This document shows positions 18,684 through 27,636 of a DNA stretch of 64,000 nucleotides, piece by piece (the first letter of the stretch is position 1; every line of letters starts with the position of its first letter). Made by a program: the position numbers and the translations under genes. The DNA is from [Phormidium] sp. ETS-05 (GTDB lineage Bacteria > Cyanobacteriota > Cyanobacteriia > Cyanobacteriales > Laspinemataceae): positions 3,685,579 through 3,749,578 of the forward strand of contig NZ_CP051168.1 of assembly GCF_016446395.1 (NCBI RefSeq). Reading direction: 5' to 3'. Under the pieces are notes generated by a model. That model worked only from the letters and a program-made list of their open reading frames with translations. It ran no database searches and was not told the DNA's origin.

Positions 18684-19172
18684 TTGAGTAAATATGAGAT
18701 AATTTTTTTTCAGTTCCCGCGACCTACCGATACCCTATCCTATCAAGTGCCAGTGGAAATCCCAGATAACCATGATTTTGACGCGGTAGTTAACCCTGGT
18801 GTGGAGGCTGCAGATGAAGAAGAGTGCGAGCGAGACCACACCATAGATTTTGACGACATCAGCACCCTGCGAAATCAGCTCCTCAACTCAGAAAAAGCCC
18901 AAATGATGGCGGAGTTTTTCAGCTTTTTGGGGGATGCCAATCGCTTGCGAATCATCTCAGCGTTAGCCCTCAAAGAGCAATGTGTCCACGAACTAGCTGC
19001 CACTGTCACCATGAGTGAATCCGCTGTTTCTCATCAGTTGCGGAATTTACGCGCTCACCGACTCGTAAGCTATCGCAAGCAGGGACGCCAAGTTTTTTAT
19101 CGCCTCAAAGACCGACATATATTCAGTCTCTATGAAGCGGTAGCGGAACATATTGATGAAAAAGATAGCTAA
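18684..19172 (+). CDS. smtB: ArsR/SmtB-family metal-responsive transcriptional repressor
   Basis: LGDANRLRIISALA...ELAATVTMSESAVSHQLRNLRAHRLVSYRKQGRQVFYRL is a winged-HTH region. The alpha5 metal site DRH-x10-H-x2-E (DRHIFSLYEAVAEHIDE) is present. The true start may be internal, since the N-terminal extension is long. Confidence 0.8.
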   Translation: MSKYEIIFFQFPRPTDTLSYQVPVEIPDNHDFDAVVNPGVEAADEEECERDHTIDFDDISTLRNQLLNSEKAQMMAEFFSFLGDANRLRIISALALKEQCVHELAATVTMSESAVSHQLRNLRAHRLVSYRKQGRQVFYRLKDRHIFSLYEAVAEHIDEKDS

Positions 19173-19266
19173 AAGATAAAATAACCACCTCCCTGAGCCG
19201 GTTCTGTCCCCAAGGCCAAAGGAGGCAGTTTTTTACTAAATGGGTTAACTAGCGAACTTTCCCTAT

Positions 19267-19548
19267 TTAAACCTGCTTGTAGAATCTCTCTTTAGGAATC
19301 AGCTTCCCATGATCCAACTCGAGGCAAACTTCCTGGACTATTTCGGCGTGCTTATTAAACAAATTGATACTAATAGAATCACCCCCAGTATATGCTACTA
19401 AAGAAGCAGTAAAAGGTTGCTTAATCGTTATATCAAAAAGCCTGACATTGTGGGGAGAAGCAGTAATTAATTCAAAATCGCTATCGTTGAGCTTGCTCAT
19501 CTTAAAAATTTCCCAATTAAACTGTAATTTATCCAACCCAAAGGCCAA
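19267..19548 (-). CDS. hypothetical protein in a low-GC patch
   Basis: Only the 93-aa ORF itself supports this; I recognise no motif. The local GC is lower than in the surrounding sequence. Confidence 0.25.
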   Translation of the reverse strand: MAFGLDKLQFNWEIFKMSKLNDSDFELITASPHNVRLFDITIKQPFTASLVAYTGGDSISINLFNKHAEIVQEVCLELDHGKLIPKERFYKQV

Positions 19549-19691
19549 ACCGGATTCAGCTATTCCCTTGATGCCATAATCTTAACAGCCTGTATCCCCC
19601 GATCGCTGAAGATGGTGTGGCAGTTTCGCTAATTACCCTCCGGGCTGAGTCGGATCAGGATTCAGGGTGGAAGGCTGACCCCGCCAGGGTG

Positions 19692-19820
19692 AAAAAAAAC
19701 GACCAGCCCGTGTAGGCTGGTCCCCAAAAAAAACCAAATACGTTGTCGTTTCAAGACGAGGAAACCCATTCCTGCGCGTTCCCAAGCTGGCAGCGGGTAT
19801 GTTAGGATCAAACTCGTCCC
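19692..19820 (-). ncRNA. candidate small RNA (~130 nt) ending in an intrinsic terminator
   Basis: Reading the minus strand: a TACAAT -10 box (plus-strand attgta at 19828-19833), then GGACGAG...CCUCGUC long-range pairing. The terminator hairpin GACCAGCC-uacac-GGCUGGUC (19701-19723) is followed by U8. Confidence 0.4.
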
Positions 19821-19917
19821 AAAAAAGATTGTAGCAGCAGACACGAATTTTTAGTTACAAAACTTTATCAGGACGTTAAAAAACATTGACTTAACCTCCC
19901 CGTCCCCCTGGTCCCCC

Positions 19918-20140
19918 CATCCTTACAAGTGCAGGTTTTTTATCAAAGCAGAAAATTTCTGACAAACACTCCAAATTGCCCTCACCCCCAACCCCTCTCC
20001 CAGGTAGGGAGAGGGGAGAAGAGCGGGAGAGAGGTTGGGGGTGAGGGCTTTAGCCCCTTTCTCCCTACCTGGGAGCCCAACGACTGCGCCAGGAGGGTTG
20101 GGGGATAGAGGGCAATATAAAAAACCTACACTTGTAAGGT
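19918..20140. mobile_element. MITE-like element, family C, with 23-bp terminal inverted repeats (CCTTACAAGTGCAGGTTTTTTAT ... ATAAAAAACCTACACTTGTAAGG)
   Basis: The terminal inverted repeats are readable directly. The internal sequence is shared with 12846-13065. Confidence 0.55.
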
Positions 20141-20175
20141 CCCCCCATCCCCCCGTCTCCTTTGCCCAATTTCCT

Positions 20176-21936
20176 CTAACTTTGGCTCAAATAGACACTG
20201 GCGACTTGGGGACGTCCCCAAATCACCCGCTCGTGTTTGTACACCACCATCCCCGGTTTTGCACCCTTGGGCTTATACACATGCTTGGGTTTGGTGTAAA
20301 CTACTGGCACCTGCTCGCTTTGCCTTGCCCGACTGTAGTAAGCAGTTAAGTCAGCGGCTAATTGCAAATCCCGATCGTCCGCCACCGCCCCAGGGTTAAG
20401 CCGCAACAAGACATGACTACCAGCAATCTCCTGGGTGTGAAACCACAAGTCATAATCACCGGCGATGCGAAAACTCAATAAATCATTTTGCCGGTTGTTT
20501 CGCCCCACCAATAATTCAAACCCACTAGGAGACTGATAGCGGTGAAAATCCGCCGCGTCGCTGGGCTTGATCCCCCCCGGTTTACCCCCAGCCGCATCAA
20601 CTTGCCCATCTGGCATCAGCTCCTGACGAATCTCCTGCAGGGCTCGCAGGTCCGCTTCTTCCCCATAAGTATCGATTTGGGTAACGGCTACTTCCACTTG
20701 TTCCAAATATTCGATTTCCGAGATCACCTCCGCCAGCAAAGGCTCGATCGCTGTGCGGGCCCGTTTCAGCTTTTGGTGCAGCTTATACAGACTTTGGGCA
20801 TTTTGCACCGCGTTTTTCTCTGGGTTAAGAGGAACCAGCACCATTTCCCCAGTTTCAAAGTCCGGGAGTTGAATCGACTTCATCCCCGGTTCCCACATAT
20901 GGAGGTGCGCCATGAGCAAATCAGCCAGTTGGCGGTGCCGATCGGCCCCCTCCGACTCCTGTAACCGCTCTGTCCACCCCGCCGCCTTCTGGCGCAACTT
21001 CCCCAACAGCCGCGATAGCTTTTGCATCAGAGCTTGGCGCAATTGCTGGAATTCCTCTTGATTCAATTTGGCACTATAGTACCGATCGAGCAATTCCTGT
21101 AATGAGATAGCCTTCTTCCCACCATCCCCACCATAAAGTACCGTATAACCCCCATCTGTCCAACCCGGTTTCAGATGAGATAAATCCCCTTGCCCCAAAG
21201 CCGCCAAGGCTTGCAGCCACCCCAGCCACTCCTGAAATAACCCCTGCCATTGCCCCTCTGTCAGCTCCAAAGTAGAGGTTTCCGGGTCGATACCCGCCGC
21301 CACCACCATCGAACTCACCAAAGAAGAACTCAAACCCCGATAACTGGAGAGCAACCGTTTGCCCACCTTACCAGGAATCAAGCTTACCCGCTCTTGCCAC
21401 CGCTGGTAAGGTTCCGCCACAGTAGGCGCCGGGTCCGTCAACGCCGGAGGCAGTTCATAGGGTTGGCCCGTTTGCACCGGACGGACGCTAGATTGCTTTT
21501 CGCTGACTTGGTGAGCGCAAGTAATGATGGTGTTGTCCTGGTTAGCCAGGATGACATTACTGCGTTTTCCCATAATTTCTGCATACAGATGCCACAAAAT
21601 CGGTTCCCCCGGACGGCGGGCAAACTGTAAATCAAAAGCCCGCTCCCAAGATTGCACCGGCTCTATGGCAACCAAAGCTAAACCCCCCAATTGGTGCCGC
21701 AGTTGGTCGCTGAAGGTGAAAGTATCTGGGGTGCGGGGTGGGGGGGCGCACAAACACAAACGCGCTCCTTGGGGGTGCCAAGAAACAGCCAGCCAACAGC
21801 GTCCCGTGAGGGTGCGCAGAGCGAGATTCACGGTGTGGCGATCGCGCTGATAAACCTGTTCTAGGCGAGCTGGCAGGACCTGAGCGCGCAGCTCACTACA
21901 GGCAGCAGTTAGAGTAGTGAAATCAACTTGTTGCAT
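20176..21936 (-). CDS. NFACT-domain RNA-binding protein (FbpA / RqcH-Rqc2 family, DUF814)
   Basis: 586 aa. N-terminal NFACT-N-like region, a central coiled coil, and a C-terminal NFACT-R/DUF814 block FELLVGRNNRQNDLLSFRIAGDYDLWFHTQEIAGSHVLLR. Confidence 0.75.
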   Translation of the reverse strand: MQQVDFTTLTAACSELRAQVLPARLEQVYQRDRHTVNLALRTLTGRCWLAVSWHPQGARLCLCAPPPRTPDTFTFSDQLRHQLGGLALVAIEPVQSWERAFDLQFARRPGEPILWHLYAEIMGKRSNVILANQDNTIITCAHQVSEKQSSVRPVQTGQPYELPPALTDPAPTVAEPYQRWQERVSLIPGKVGKRLLSSYRGLSSSLVSSMVVAAGIDPETSTLELTEGQWQGLFQEWLGWLQALAALGQGDLSHLKPGWTDGGYTVLYGGDGGKKAISLQELLDRYYSAKLNQEEFQQLRQALMQKLSRLLGKLRQKAAGWTERLQESEGADRHRQLADLLMAHLHMWEPGMKSIQLPDFETGEMVLVPLNPEKNAVQNAQSLYKLHQKLKRARTAIEPLLAEVISEIEYLEQVEVAVTQIDTYGEEADLRALQEIRQELMPDGQVDAAGGKPGGIKPSDAADFHRYQSPSGFELLVGRNNRQNDLLSFRIAGDYDLWFHTQEIAGSHVLLRLNPGAVADDRDLQLAADLTAYYSRARQSEQVPVVYTKPKHVYKPKGAKPGMVVYKHERVIWGRPQVASVYLSQS

Positions 21937-22162
21937 AGGGAGGAAAGAAATCTTGTGGAGTCAAAGCTGGCTGCACAGGGAGAAACTGCCTTTTTGTAAC
22001 TCAGTTTCTGGGCAGAACCCCCCTAAAAGCCAGAGAAAAAAGAGAATAAAATCTTTAAACCTTGATTTTTCGGGGTTTTTAGCCTTGTAAGCCGAAAATT
22101 TTGCCGATAATATGGAAATTAGATAGTTAAATGCCCGCCACGGCACTGGTTGCCTTTGGGAT

Positions 22163-22789
22163 ATGCAGCTTCACAATCTTGATATCGATGGCTCCTCTCT
22201 CCCACCGGGGGAAATAGCAGAAGACAGAGGTTTGGGCACGATCGTCAGCGCCGCCGAAGTGATTGTCATCATCAATCCCGACTCAGCCCCCATTCAGCGT
22301 ATCATCAGCCGTGCCCGGGAAGAGGGGAGACTAATGGACTTGACCAAAGGTGCGTCGGCGCGAAAAACTCCGTCGGCGAAGCTATCGGCCATCTTTCTCT
22401 GTGCCCCCAACCATACCACGACTCCCGGCAACATCATCCTCGCGGCGATGTCCCCAGAAGCCTTTAGCCATCGCTTTTCTATAACTCAAAGCAGTTTAAA
22501 ACAATCCTATTACTCGGCTAATACTGAAATTTCGATGAATATTCAACTAATAAATATCGGTTTTGGTAATATAGTTTCTGCTAACCGAGTCGTGGCGATC
22601 GTCAGTCCCGAATCTGCCCCCATCAAGCGCATCGTCAGCGAAGCCCGTTCCGCCAACCGGCTCATCGATGCCACTTATGGCCGTCGCACCCGTGCTGTTA
22701 TCGTCACCGATTCTGCTCACGTGATTCTCTCCGCCATTCAGCCAGAAACCGTCGCCCACCGGTTTATCACCCATAAAGACGGTCAATGA
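22163..22789 (+). CDS. tandem DUF370 protein: a divergent DUF370-like N-terminal half fused in-frame to a canonical RemA/YlzA-like C-terminal half
   Basis: C-terminal half from the ATG at 22535: [77 protein letters not shown]. The N-terminal half, [37 protein letters not shown]...[17 protein letters not shown], is a degenerate copy with a 25-aa insertion. The gene is immediately upstream of gmk, as remA is in Bacillus. Confidence 0.6.
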   Translation: MQLHNLDIDGSSLPPGEIAEDRGLGTIVSAAEVIVIINPDSAPIQRIISRAREEGRLMDLTKGASARKTPSAKLSAIFLCAPNHTTTPGNIILAAMSPEAFSHRFSITQSSLKQSYYSANTEISMNIQLINIGFGNIVSANRVVAIVSPESAPIKRIVSEARSANRLIDATYGRRTRAVIVTDSAHVILSAIQPETVAHRFITHKDGQ

Positions 22790-22990
22790 CAATTGATAAT
22801 TGACAATTGATAATTGATAATTGATAATTGACCAAGGACAAATGACAATCCCCCAACCCCCTTTGAAAGGGGGGGGACAATTGACAATTGACAATTATCA
22901 ATTGTCAAAGGACAAATGACCAAGGACAAATGACCAAGGACAAATGACAAATGACAAATGACCAAGGACAAATGACAAATGACAAATAAA
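22790..22990. repeat. heptamer tandem arrays (CAATTGA/GATAATT, then GGACAAATGAC) with an inverted central section
   Basis: caattgataattgacaattgataattgataattgataattgacc ... caattgacaattgacaattatcaattgtcaa ... gacaaatgaccaaggacaaatgacaaatgacaaat. Confidence 0.85.
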
Positions 22991-23539
22991 CGATTGATTG
23001 TCTTAACCGGTCCGAGTGGGGTAGGAAAAGGCACCCTCGTAGGTTCTCTCCTCCAGCGTCATCCCGAGCTTTGTCTTTCGGTCTCAGCCACCACCCGATC
23101 GCCCCGTCCCGGAGAAATTCACGGCAAAAACTACTATTTTGTTGACCAGCAACGATTTCAAAAAATGATTGCCGCTGACGAACTCTTAGAATGGGCAGAA
23201 TTTGCCACCAACTACTACGGTACACCCAAAGCACCCGTAGAAAAACTTCTCGCCGAGGGCAAGTTTGTCTTACTAGAAATCGAACTCCAAGGCGCTCGCC
23301 AAGTGAGAAAAACTTTTCCCAACGCCCTGCAAATCTTTATTTTACCCCCCAGCGGAGAAGAATTAGAGCGGCGGATTCGCGGACGTGCCCAAGATTCTGA
23401 AGAAGCTATATCCCGCCGTCTCCAACGTGCCCGGGACGAGATTGCCGCGAAGAATGAGTTTGACATCCAAATCGTCAATGACGATTTAGAAACAGCTTTG
23501 GCAGAAATTGAAAAAGCTATTTTTTCGGTGGACAAGTAA
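22979..23539 (+). CDS. gmk: guanylate kinase
   Basis: [10 protein letters not shown]-loop, SATTR, and ...YYGTPK... motifs; 186 aa. The start codon lies inside the last GACAAATGAC repeat unit. Confidence 0.9.
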   Translation: MTNKRLIVLTGPSGVGKGTLVGSLLQRHPELCLSVSATTRSPRPGEIHGKNYYFVDQQRFQKMIAADELLEWAEFATNYYGTPKAPVEKLLAEGKFVLLEIELQGARQVRKTFPNALQIFILPPSGEELERRIRGRAQDSEEAISRRLQRARDEIAAKNEFDIQIVNDDLETALAEIEKAIFSVDK

Positions 23540-23561
23540 CAAAGGAATGGGGAGCTTTGAA

Positions 23562-23882
23562 TCATTCCCCTTGTTTCCCCCGTCCTCTGCCGTAAAAAAT
23601 GCCGATAATTCCACCCAGCAGGGTGGTAGTTGGCACAATTATCGCTACATTTTTATCGTTTAAAGCTGCTGATAAAGACATTTGGCTAGCGGCAATCCAA
23701 ATAATTTTATTAATTATGCCAATCACCGCCCAAATAAATGCTGATTTAATGCTATAATTGATTAAATGACTTTGCCGCCAAAACCAGGTAAAAATTACTG
23801 CTATAATCGTCACAGCCAACAAACTAAAGACTATTTCTAAGGCTGTGGCTATCACCATCATAAATATGGCTAAGTCTTCCAT
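23562..23882 (-). CDS. small membrane protein (3-4 predicted transmembrane helices), hypothetical
   Basis: Hydrophobic segments VIATALEIVFSLLAVTIIAVIFTWFW, AFIWAVIGIINKIIWIAA and IVPTTTLLGGIIGIFYG. Confidence 0.4.
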   Translation of the reverse strand: MEDLAIFMMVIATALEIVFSLLAVTIIAVIFTWFWRQSHLINYSIKSAFIWAVIGIINKIIWIAASQMSLSAALNDKNVAIIVPTTTLLGGIIGIFYGRGRGKQGE

Positions 23883-23884
23883 GA

Positions 23885-24060
23885 AATCAACTTTTGTCCT
23901 TAGTCATTTGTCCTTTGTCACTTGTCCTTAGTCCTTAGTCATTTGTCACTTGTCACTTGTCCCTTGTCATTTGTCACCAAAGGATAATTGACAATTATTA
24001 ATTATCAATTATCAAAGGACAAAAGACAAAGGACAAAGAACCAATGACCAATGATATTTA
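23885..24060. repeat. STRR heptamer arrays in inverted arrangement
   Basis: tgtccttagtcatttgtcctttgtcacttgtcc... / ...caaaggacaaaagacaaaggacaaagaaccaatgaccaatga. Confidence 0.8.
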
Positions 24061-24063
24061 ATG

Positions 24064-24456
24064 TTAAAAATTATCTAAAAATTCATCATAAATGGCGGTA
24101 ATTTTTTGCCGCACTTCCGGGACGTAATGGGCAATTACAAAGGCAGGGGAGGTGTTGTCCGGGGGATCGTCTATCTCCAGGCGATCGCCCTCCTCTCTCA
24201 GCCTATCCCCCAGGTTATGTTTGGCGCACCATTTGCCTATAGTATGAGCGATAAAAAATAAATCTTCATCAGGAAATTCTGCCAAACTTTTGCCCAAATC
24301 CGGCAACTGCTGCCAACTTTTAGGCATAAATACTTGGGGGGTATTTTCCAGCCACCGCCAAAACACAATAATAATTACCGCAGGTTCCATAAATCCAAAC
24401 AGGGGGAACACAGCCAAGAAACCGGGTTTCAGGGAGAAACCCGGTTTCTGAGACAC
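24064..24456 (-). CDS. hypothetical protein; the N-terminus as called is encoded by a family-A MITE pair, so the true start is probably internal (MEPAVIIIVFWRW...)
   Basis: An ORF with a GTG start. KPGFSLKPGF is a translation of the agaaacccggtttc palindromes. Confidence 0.35.
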   Translation of the reverse strand: MSQKPGFSLKPGFLAVFPLFGFMEPAVIIIVFWRWLENTPQVFMPKSWQQLPDLGKSLAEFPDEDLFFIAHTIGKWCAKHNLGDRLREEGDRLEIDDPPDNTSPAFVIAHYVPEVRQKITAIYDEFLDNF

Positions 24457-24587
24457 TAGCCGCCGAAGCTGAAAACCAGCATATCGGGGATAAAGCGGTT
24501 AAATTCAATCAAAATGCCAGCGGTAATCACCATCCAAATCGTGGCCAGCACGGGGGCGGTGGAAAGGTATTTCAGGAAATCTTGCAT
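24456..24587 (-). CDS. psaJ: photosystem I reaction centre subunit IX (PsaJ), 43 aa, not in the ORF track
   Basis: Minus-strand translation [43 protein letters not shown] matches the PsaJ signature (...[11 protein letters not shown]...[13 protein letters not shown]...). It lies immediately downstream of psaF, as in other cyanobacteria. Confidence 0.85.
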   Translation of the reverse strand: MQDFLKYLSTAPVLATIWMVITAGILIEFNRFIPDMLVFSFGG

Positions 24588-24604
24588 CGCGGGATTCTCC
24601 AAAT

Positions 24605-24745
24605 TGAAAAATGGTCATTAGTCATTAGTCCTTTGTCCTTTGTCATTCGTCAAGTGACAAAGGACAAAGGACAAGTGACAAAAGACAAGTTTTATAAATA
24701 TTTTAGATTAGTCATTCGGTGTTTAAACACAAATGACTAATCCAA
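24605..24745. repeat. two long hairpins between psaF and psaJ (an STRR-based palindrome and GATTAGTCATT..AAATGACTAATC)
   Basis: gtcctttgtcctttgtcattcgtcaagtgacaaaggacaaaggac, and gattagtcattcggtgtttaaacacaaatgactaatc. Confidence 0.75.
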
Positions 24746-24751
24746 AATTAA

Positions 24752-25231
24752 CTAGCGGGGCGAGACGGTAATTTCATTATCCTTGGCAAACATGGCGCCG
24801 CTGGCGGCTTCACCGAAAGCAGCCAAGGGCCAAGCTGCAGCGCCCAAAGAGCATTTGACGGCCAGAGGCACATCGATAACGATTTCTTTTTCCTCGGCAT
24901 TGCCACCTTTCTTAATCGCTTGCAGGTAAGAGCGACCAGCCCAACCGATCCAACCGGCGATGTACAAAAAGAGGATACCGGGGATAACGAATTCACTGGC
25001 GTGAGCCAAATTGCCATCGGTAATCAGGTGGGGCAGACCTTCTTCGCCGCACAGCAGCCCAGAGTAGCTCTCAAAGCGAGCCTTAGCTTGGGGGGTCTTG
25101 GCGTTCTTCGCCAGCTGGATGAAAGCGGGGTTGTCACCGCAGGGGGTGAGATTCGCATAGTCTGCTTTCGCTGCGGGGGCAAAGCTGAACCAAAGACAAA
25201 CCGCCAAAATGATGGGCAGTAATCGTTTCAT
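24752..25231 (-). CDS. psaF: photosystem I reaction centre subunit III (PsaF, plastocyanin/cytochrome c6 docking)
   Basis: Signal peptide [23 protein letters not shown], then [23 protein letters not shown]... and a C-terminal transmembrane helix. 159 aa. Confidence 0.9.
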   Translation of the reverse strand: MKRLLPIILAVCLWFSFAPAAKADYANLTPCGDNPAFIQLAKNAKTPQAKARFESYSGLLCGEEGLPHLITDGNLAHASEFVIPGILFLYIAGWIGWAGRSYLQAIKKGGNAEEKEIVIDVPLAVKCSLGAAAWPLAAFGEAASGAMFAKDNEITVSPR

Positions 25232-25471
25232 CAGGGTTTCCTTTTGTTACGAAACAATAAGTTTTTTTTCCCCAGGTAGGGAGGTAGCCGACCGAGAGGG
25301 GCCAATAAGCCCTTATAGCTAGCTGGTGCAGAAATCCCGCACCCCCGTAAGGGCAAAGCATCGGCGCCTAAATCTCTCGGTGGAACCGAGAAGCCACAGA
25401 CGCGGATGCTTCACCTTGCACTATGGTTTAAGCTACTACAAAGATGTCACTAACGGACAAGATACTGGGCA

Positions 25472-26515
25472 ATGGCGACAGTTTTAGCGATCGAAACCAG
25501 TTGTGATGAAACGGCGGCGGCGATTGTAAAGAATCGTGAAGTTTTAAGTAACACCGTTGCATCCCAAATCGCAGCTCACCAACAGTATGGGGGGGTAGTG
25601 CCGGAAGTGGCATCCCGAGAACACCTAGAAACTATCAACTATGTGGTAGCTAGTGCTTTGGAACAAGCGGGGTTGGATTGGTCAGATATTGATGGTATTG
25701 CGGCCACTGTCGCTCCGGGACTGGTGGGGGCGCTGTTGGTGGGGTTAAGTGCGGCCAAAACTTTGGCGATCGTCCACGGCAAACCCTTTTTAGGCATCCA
25801 CCACCTGGAAGGTCATATCGCCGCTTCTTACCTCACGGACCCGGACTTACAGCCTCCTTTCCTCTGCTTGCTGGTTTCTGGGGGTCACACCAGTATGATT
25901 GCGGTAGGTGATGGTGGCAGTTATGAAACTCTGGGGCAAACCCGGGATGATGCAGCGGGGGAAGCCTTTGATAAGGTGGCGCGATTGTTAAATCTGGGAT
26001 ATCCAGGGGGACCGGCCATAGATAAAATCGCCAAACAGGGTAATGGCAACGCATTTGCCCTCCCAGAGGGGAAAATTTCGCTGCCGGGAGGGGGCTATCA
26101 CCCCTATGATTGCAGTTTCAGTGGCTTGAAAACGGCGGTGTTGCGGTTGGTACAAAAATTGGAGGCAGAAACTGGGGCAGTTCCCGTTAGTGATATTGCT
26201 GCCAGCTTTCAGGAGACAGTAGCTCGCACTTTAACTAAGCGGACGATCGCCTGTGCCAAAGACCTGGGATTAAACACGATCGTCGTTGGTGGTGGAGTGG
26301 CAGCCAATAGCAGCCTCAGACAGCATTTGCAACAAGCCGCCAGCCAATCATCCCGGAGGGTGATTTTCCCACCATTAAAATTCTGCACCGACAACGCCGC
26401 GATGATTGCCTGCGCGGCAGCGGAACACTTCAACCGGGGCGAAACCTCCCCCTTAAACCTGTCGGTGTACTCCCGGATGGACATATGCCAAATCCCGTTA
26501 CTGTATCATCATTAA
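25472..26515 (+). CDS. tsaD: tRNA N6-adenosine threonylcarbamoyltransferase TsaD (Kae1/Gcp family)
   Basis: [19 protein letters not shown]..., HHLEGHI, and GVAANSSLR motifs. Confidence 0.9.
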   Translation: MATVLAIETSCDETAAAIVKNREVLSNTVASQIAAHQQYGGVVPEVASREHLETINYVVASALEQAGLDWSDIDGIAATVAPGLVGALLVGLSAAKTLAIVHGKPFLGIHHLEGHIAASYLTDPDLQPPFLCLLVSGGHTSMIAVGDGGSYETLGQTRDDAAGEAFDKVARLLNLGYPGGPAIDKIAKQGNGNAFALPEGKISLPGGGYHPYDCSFSGLKTAVLRLVQKLEAETGAVPVSDIAASFQETVARTLTKRTIACAKDLGLNTIVVGGGVAANSSLRQHLQQAASQSSRRVIFPPLKFCTDNAAMIACAAAEHFNRGETSPLNLSVYSRMDICQIPLLYHH

Positions 26516-26606
26516 CCCTCTGTAGGGTGGGCATGTGCCTTGGGTGCAGCAATTCCAGAGCTAAATCATTTTTCTGGCCATGCCCACCGTACCAAATGTA
26601 TCCTCA

Positions 26607-27503
26607 TTAACTCGAAGACAAGATGGGCTCTTTTGCGGCTACTAGACGGCGAATTTCCCCTGCCAAAGCATCCGGCTGCTCGATCATCGACAAATGACCG
26701 CATTCTGGCAGCACAATGGTATTTTCATCGCCACCCTCATACAGATAGTGAAAGCTGGCTAAATGGCGCACATACTTCGGCTCCATCACCTTATCCCGAT
26801 CGCCCGCCACAAAATAAGCCGGTTGCTTCAAGCGGGATACCAGCAGGGGGAGCTGGTGGACCTGAGATTCCGTGGTAGAATCCAGCAAAGCCCCCAAAGC
26901 CGCCTCATAGTTGGCGCCGCAAAAATCGATCGCCCTTTGCCGTCCCCAGTGCCGTTTAATAGGATAAGCAACACTATCTTGGGAAAACATTAAATGAACT
27001 AAAGGAATTTTCCCCAGCCACTGCGGGCGCCACTTCACCAAGAACTGGCCAGCGGAGCGAAACCGCTCAAATTCCTCTTTAATGTAAATACCGCCACCGG
27101 AATTGACGCAGATAATGCCTTGGACAATTTTGGGCAAGTACGCACCCGCCCACAGGGCGATCGTCCCCCCCAGAGAATGGCCAATCAACCAGGCGCGAGA
27201 AATCCCCAGTTTTTCCAGCAGCATCACCACATCCCGCGCATAAGCCGCCGGGGAGTAGCCTGCATGGAATTGACCCTTGCCTTGCATAGGCAAAGAATCA
27301 CCAAATCCCCGCAAATCATAAGCCAAGCAATGATAATCTGGCAGCCTGGAAATCAACGGTTTCCAGTAGTGGCGGCTGAGGAGCCACCCGTGGATAAACA
27401 CCAGAACACATGGAGGCTCGTCCTCGCTAGCGCTCGACAATGGCGCCTGCGGCGTAGTTAAATCGTAAGCGTGAGGAAACCCCAGGATATCAATCTTTGC
27501 CAT
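26607..27503 (-). CDS. alpha/beta-fold hydrolase
   Basis: LVFIHGW, the nucleophile elbow GHSLGG, and a C-terminal His in ...ECGHLSMIEQP. Confidence 0.8.
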   Translation of the reverse strand: MAKIDILGFPHAYDLTTPQAPLSSASEDEPPCVLVFIHGWLLSRHYWKPLISRLPDYHCLAYDLRGFGDSLPMQGKGQFHAGYSPAAYARDVVMLLEKLGISRAWLIGHSLGGTIALWAGAYLPKIVQGIICVNSGGGIYIKEEFERFRSAGQFLVKWRPQWLGKIPLVHLMFSQDSVAYPIKRHWGRQRAIDFCGANYEAALGALLDSTTESQVHQLPLLVSRLKQPAYFVAGDRDKVMEPKYVRHLASFHYLYEGGDENTIVLPECGHLSMIEQPDALAGEIRRLVAAKEPILSSS

Positions 27504-27636
27504 TTGTCCTTGGTCAAAAGTCCTTTGTCCTTTGTCCTTTGTCCTTTGTCCAAGAGTCCTTTGTCAAGAGACTTTGGACCATTTACTTAGGACCAGCCCC
27601 TAGCAGCCCGTGAGGAGCAACGGTGGTCAGTAACGG

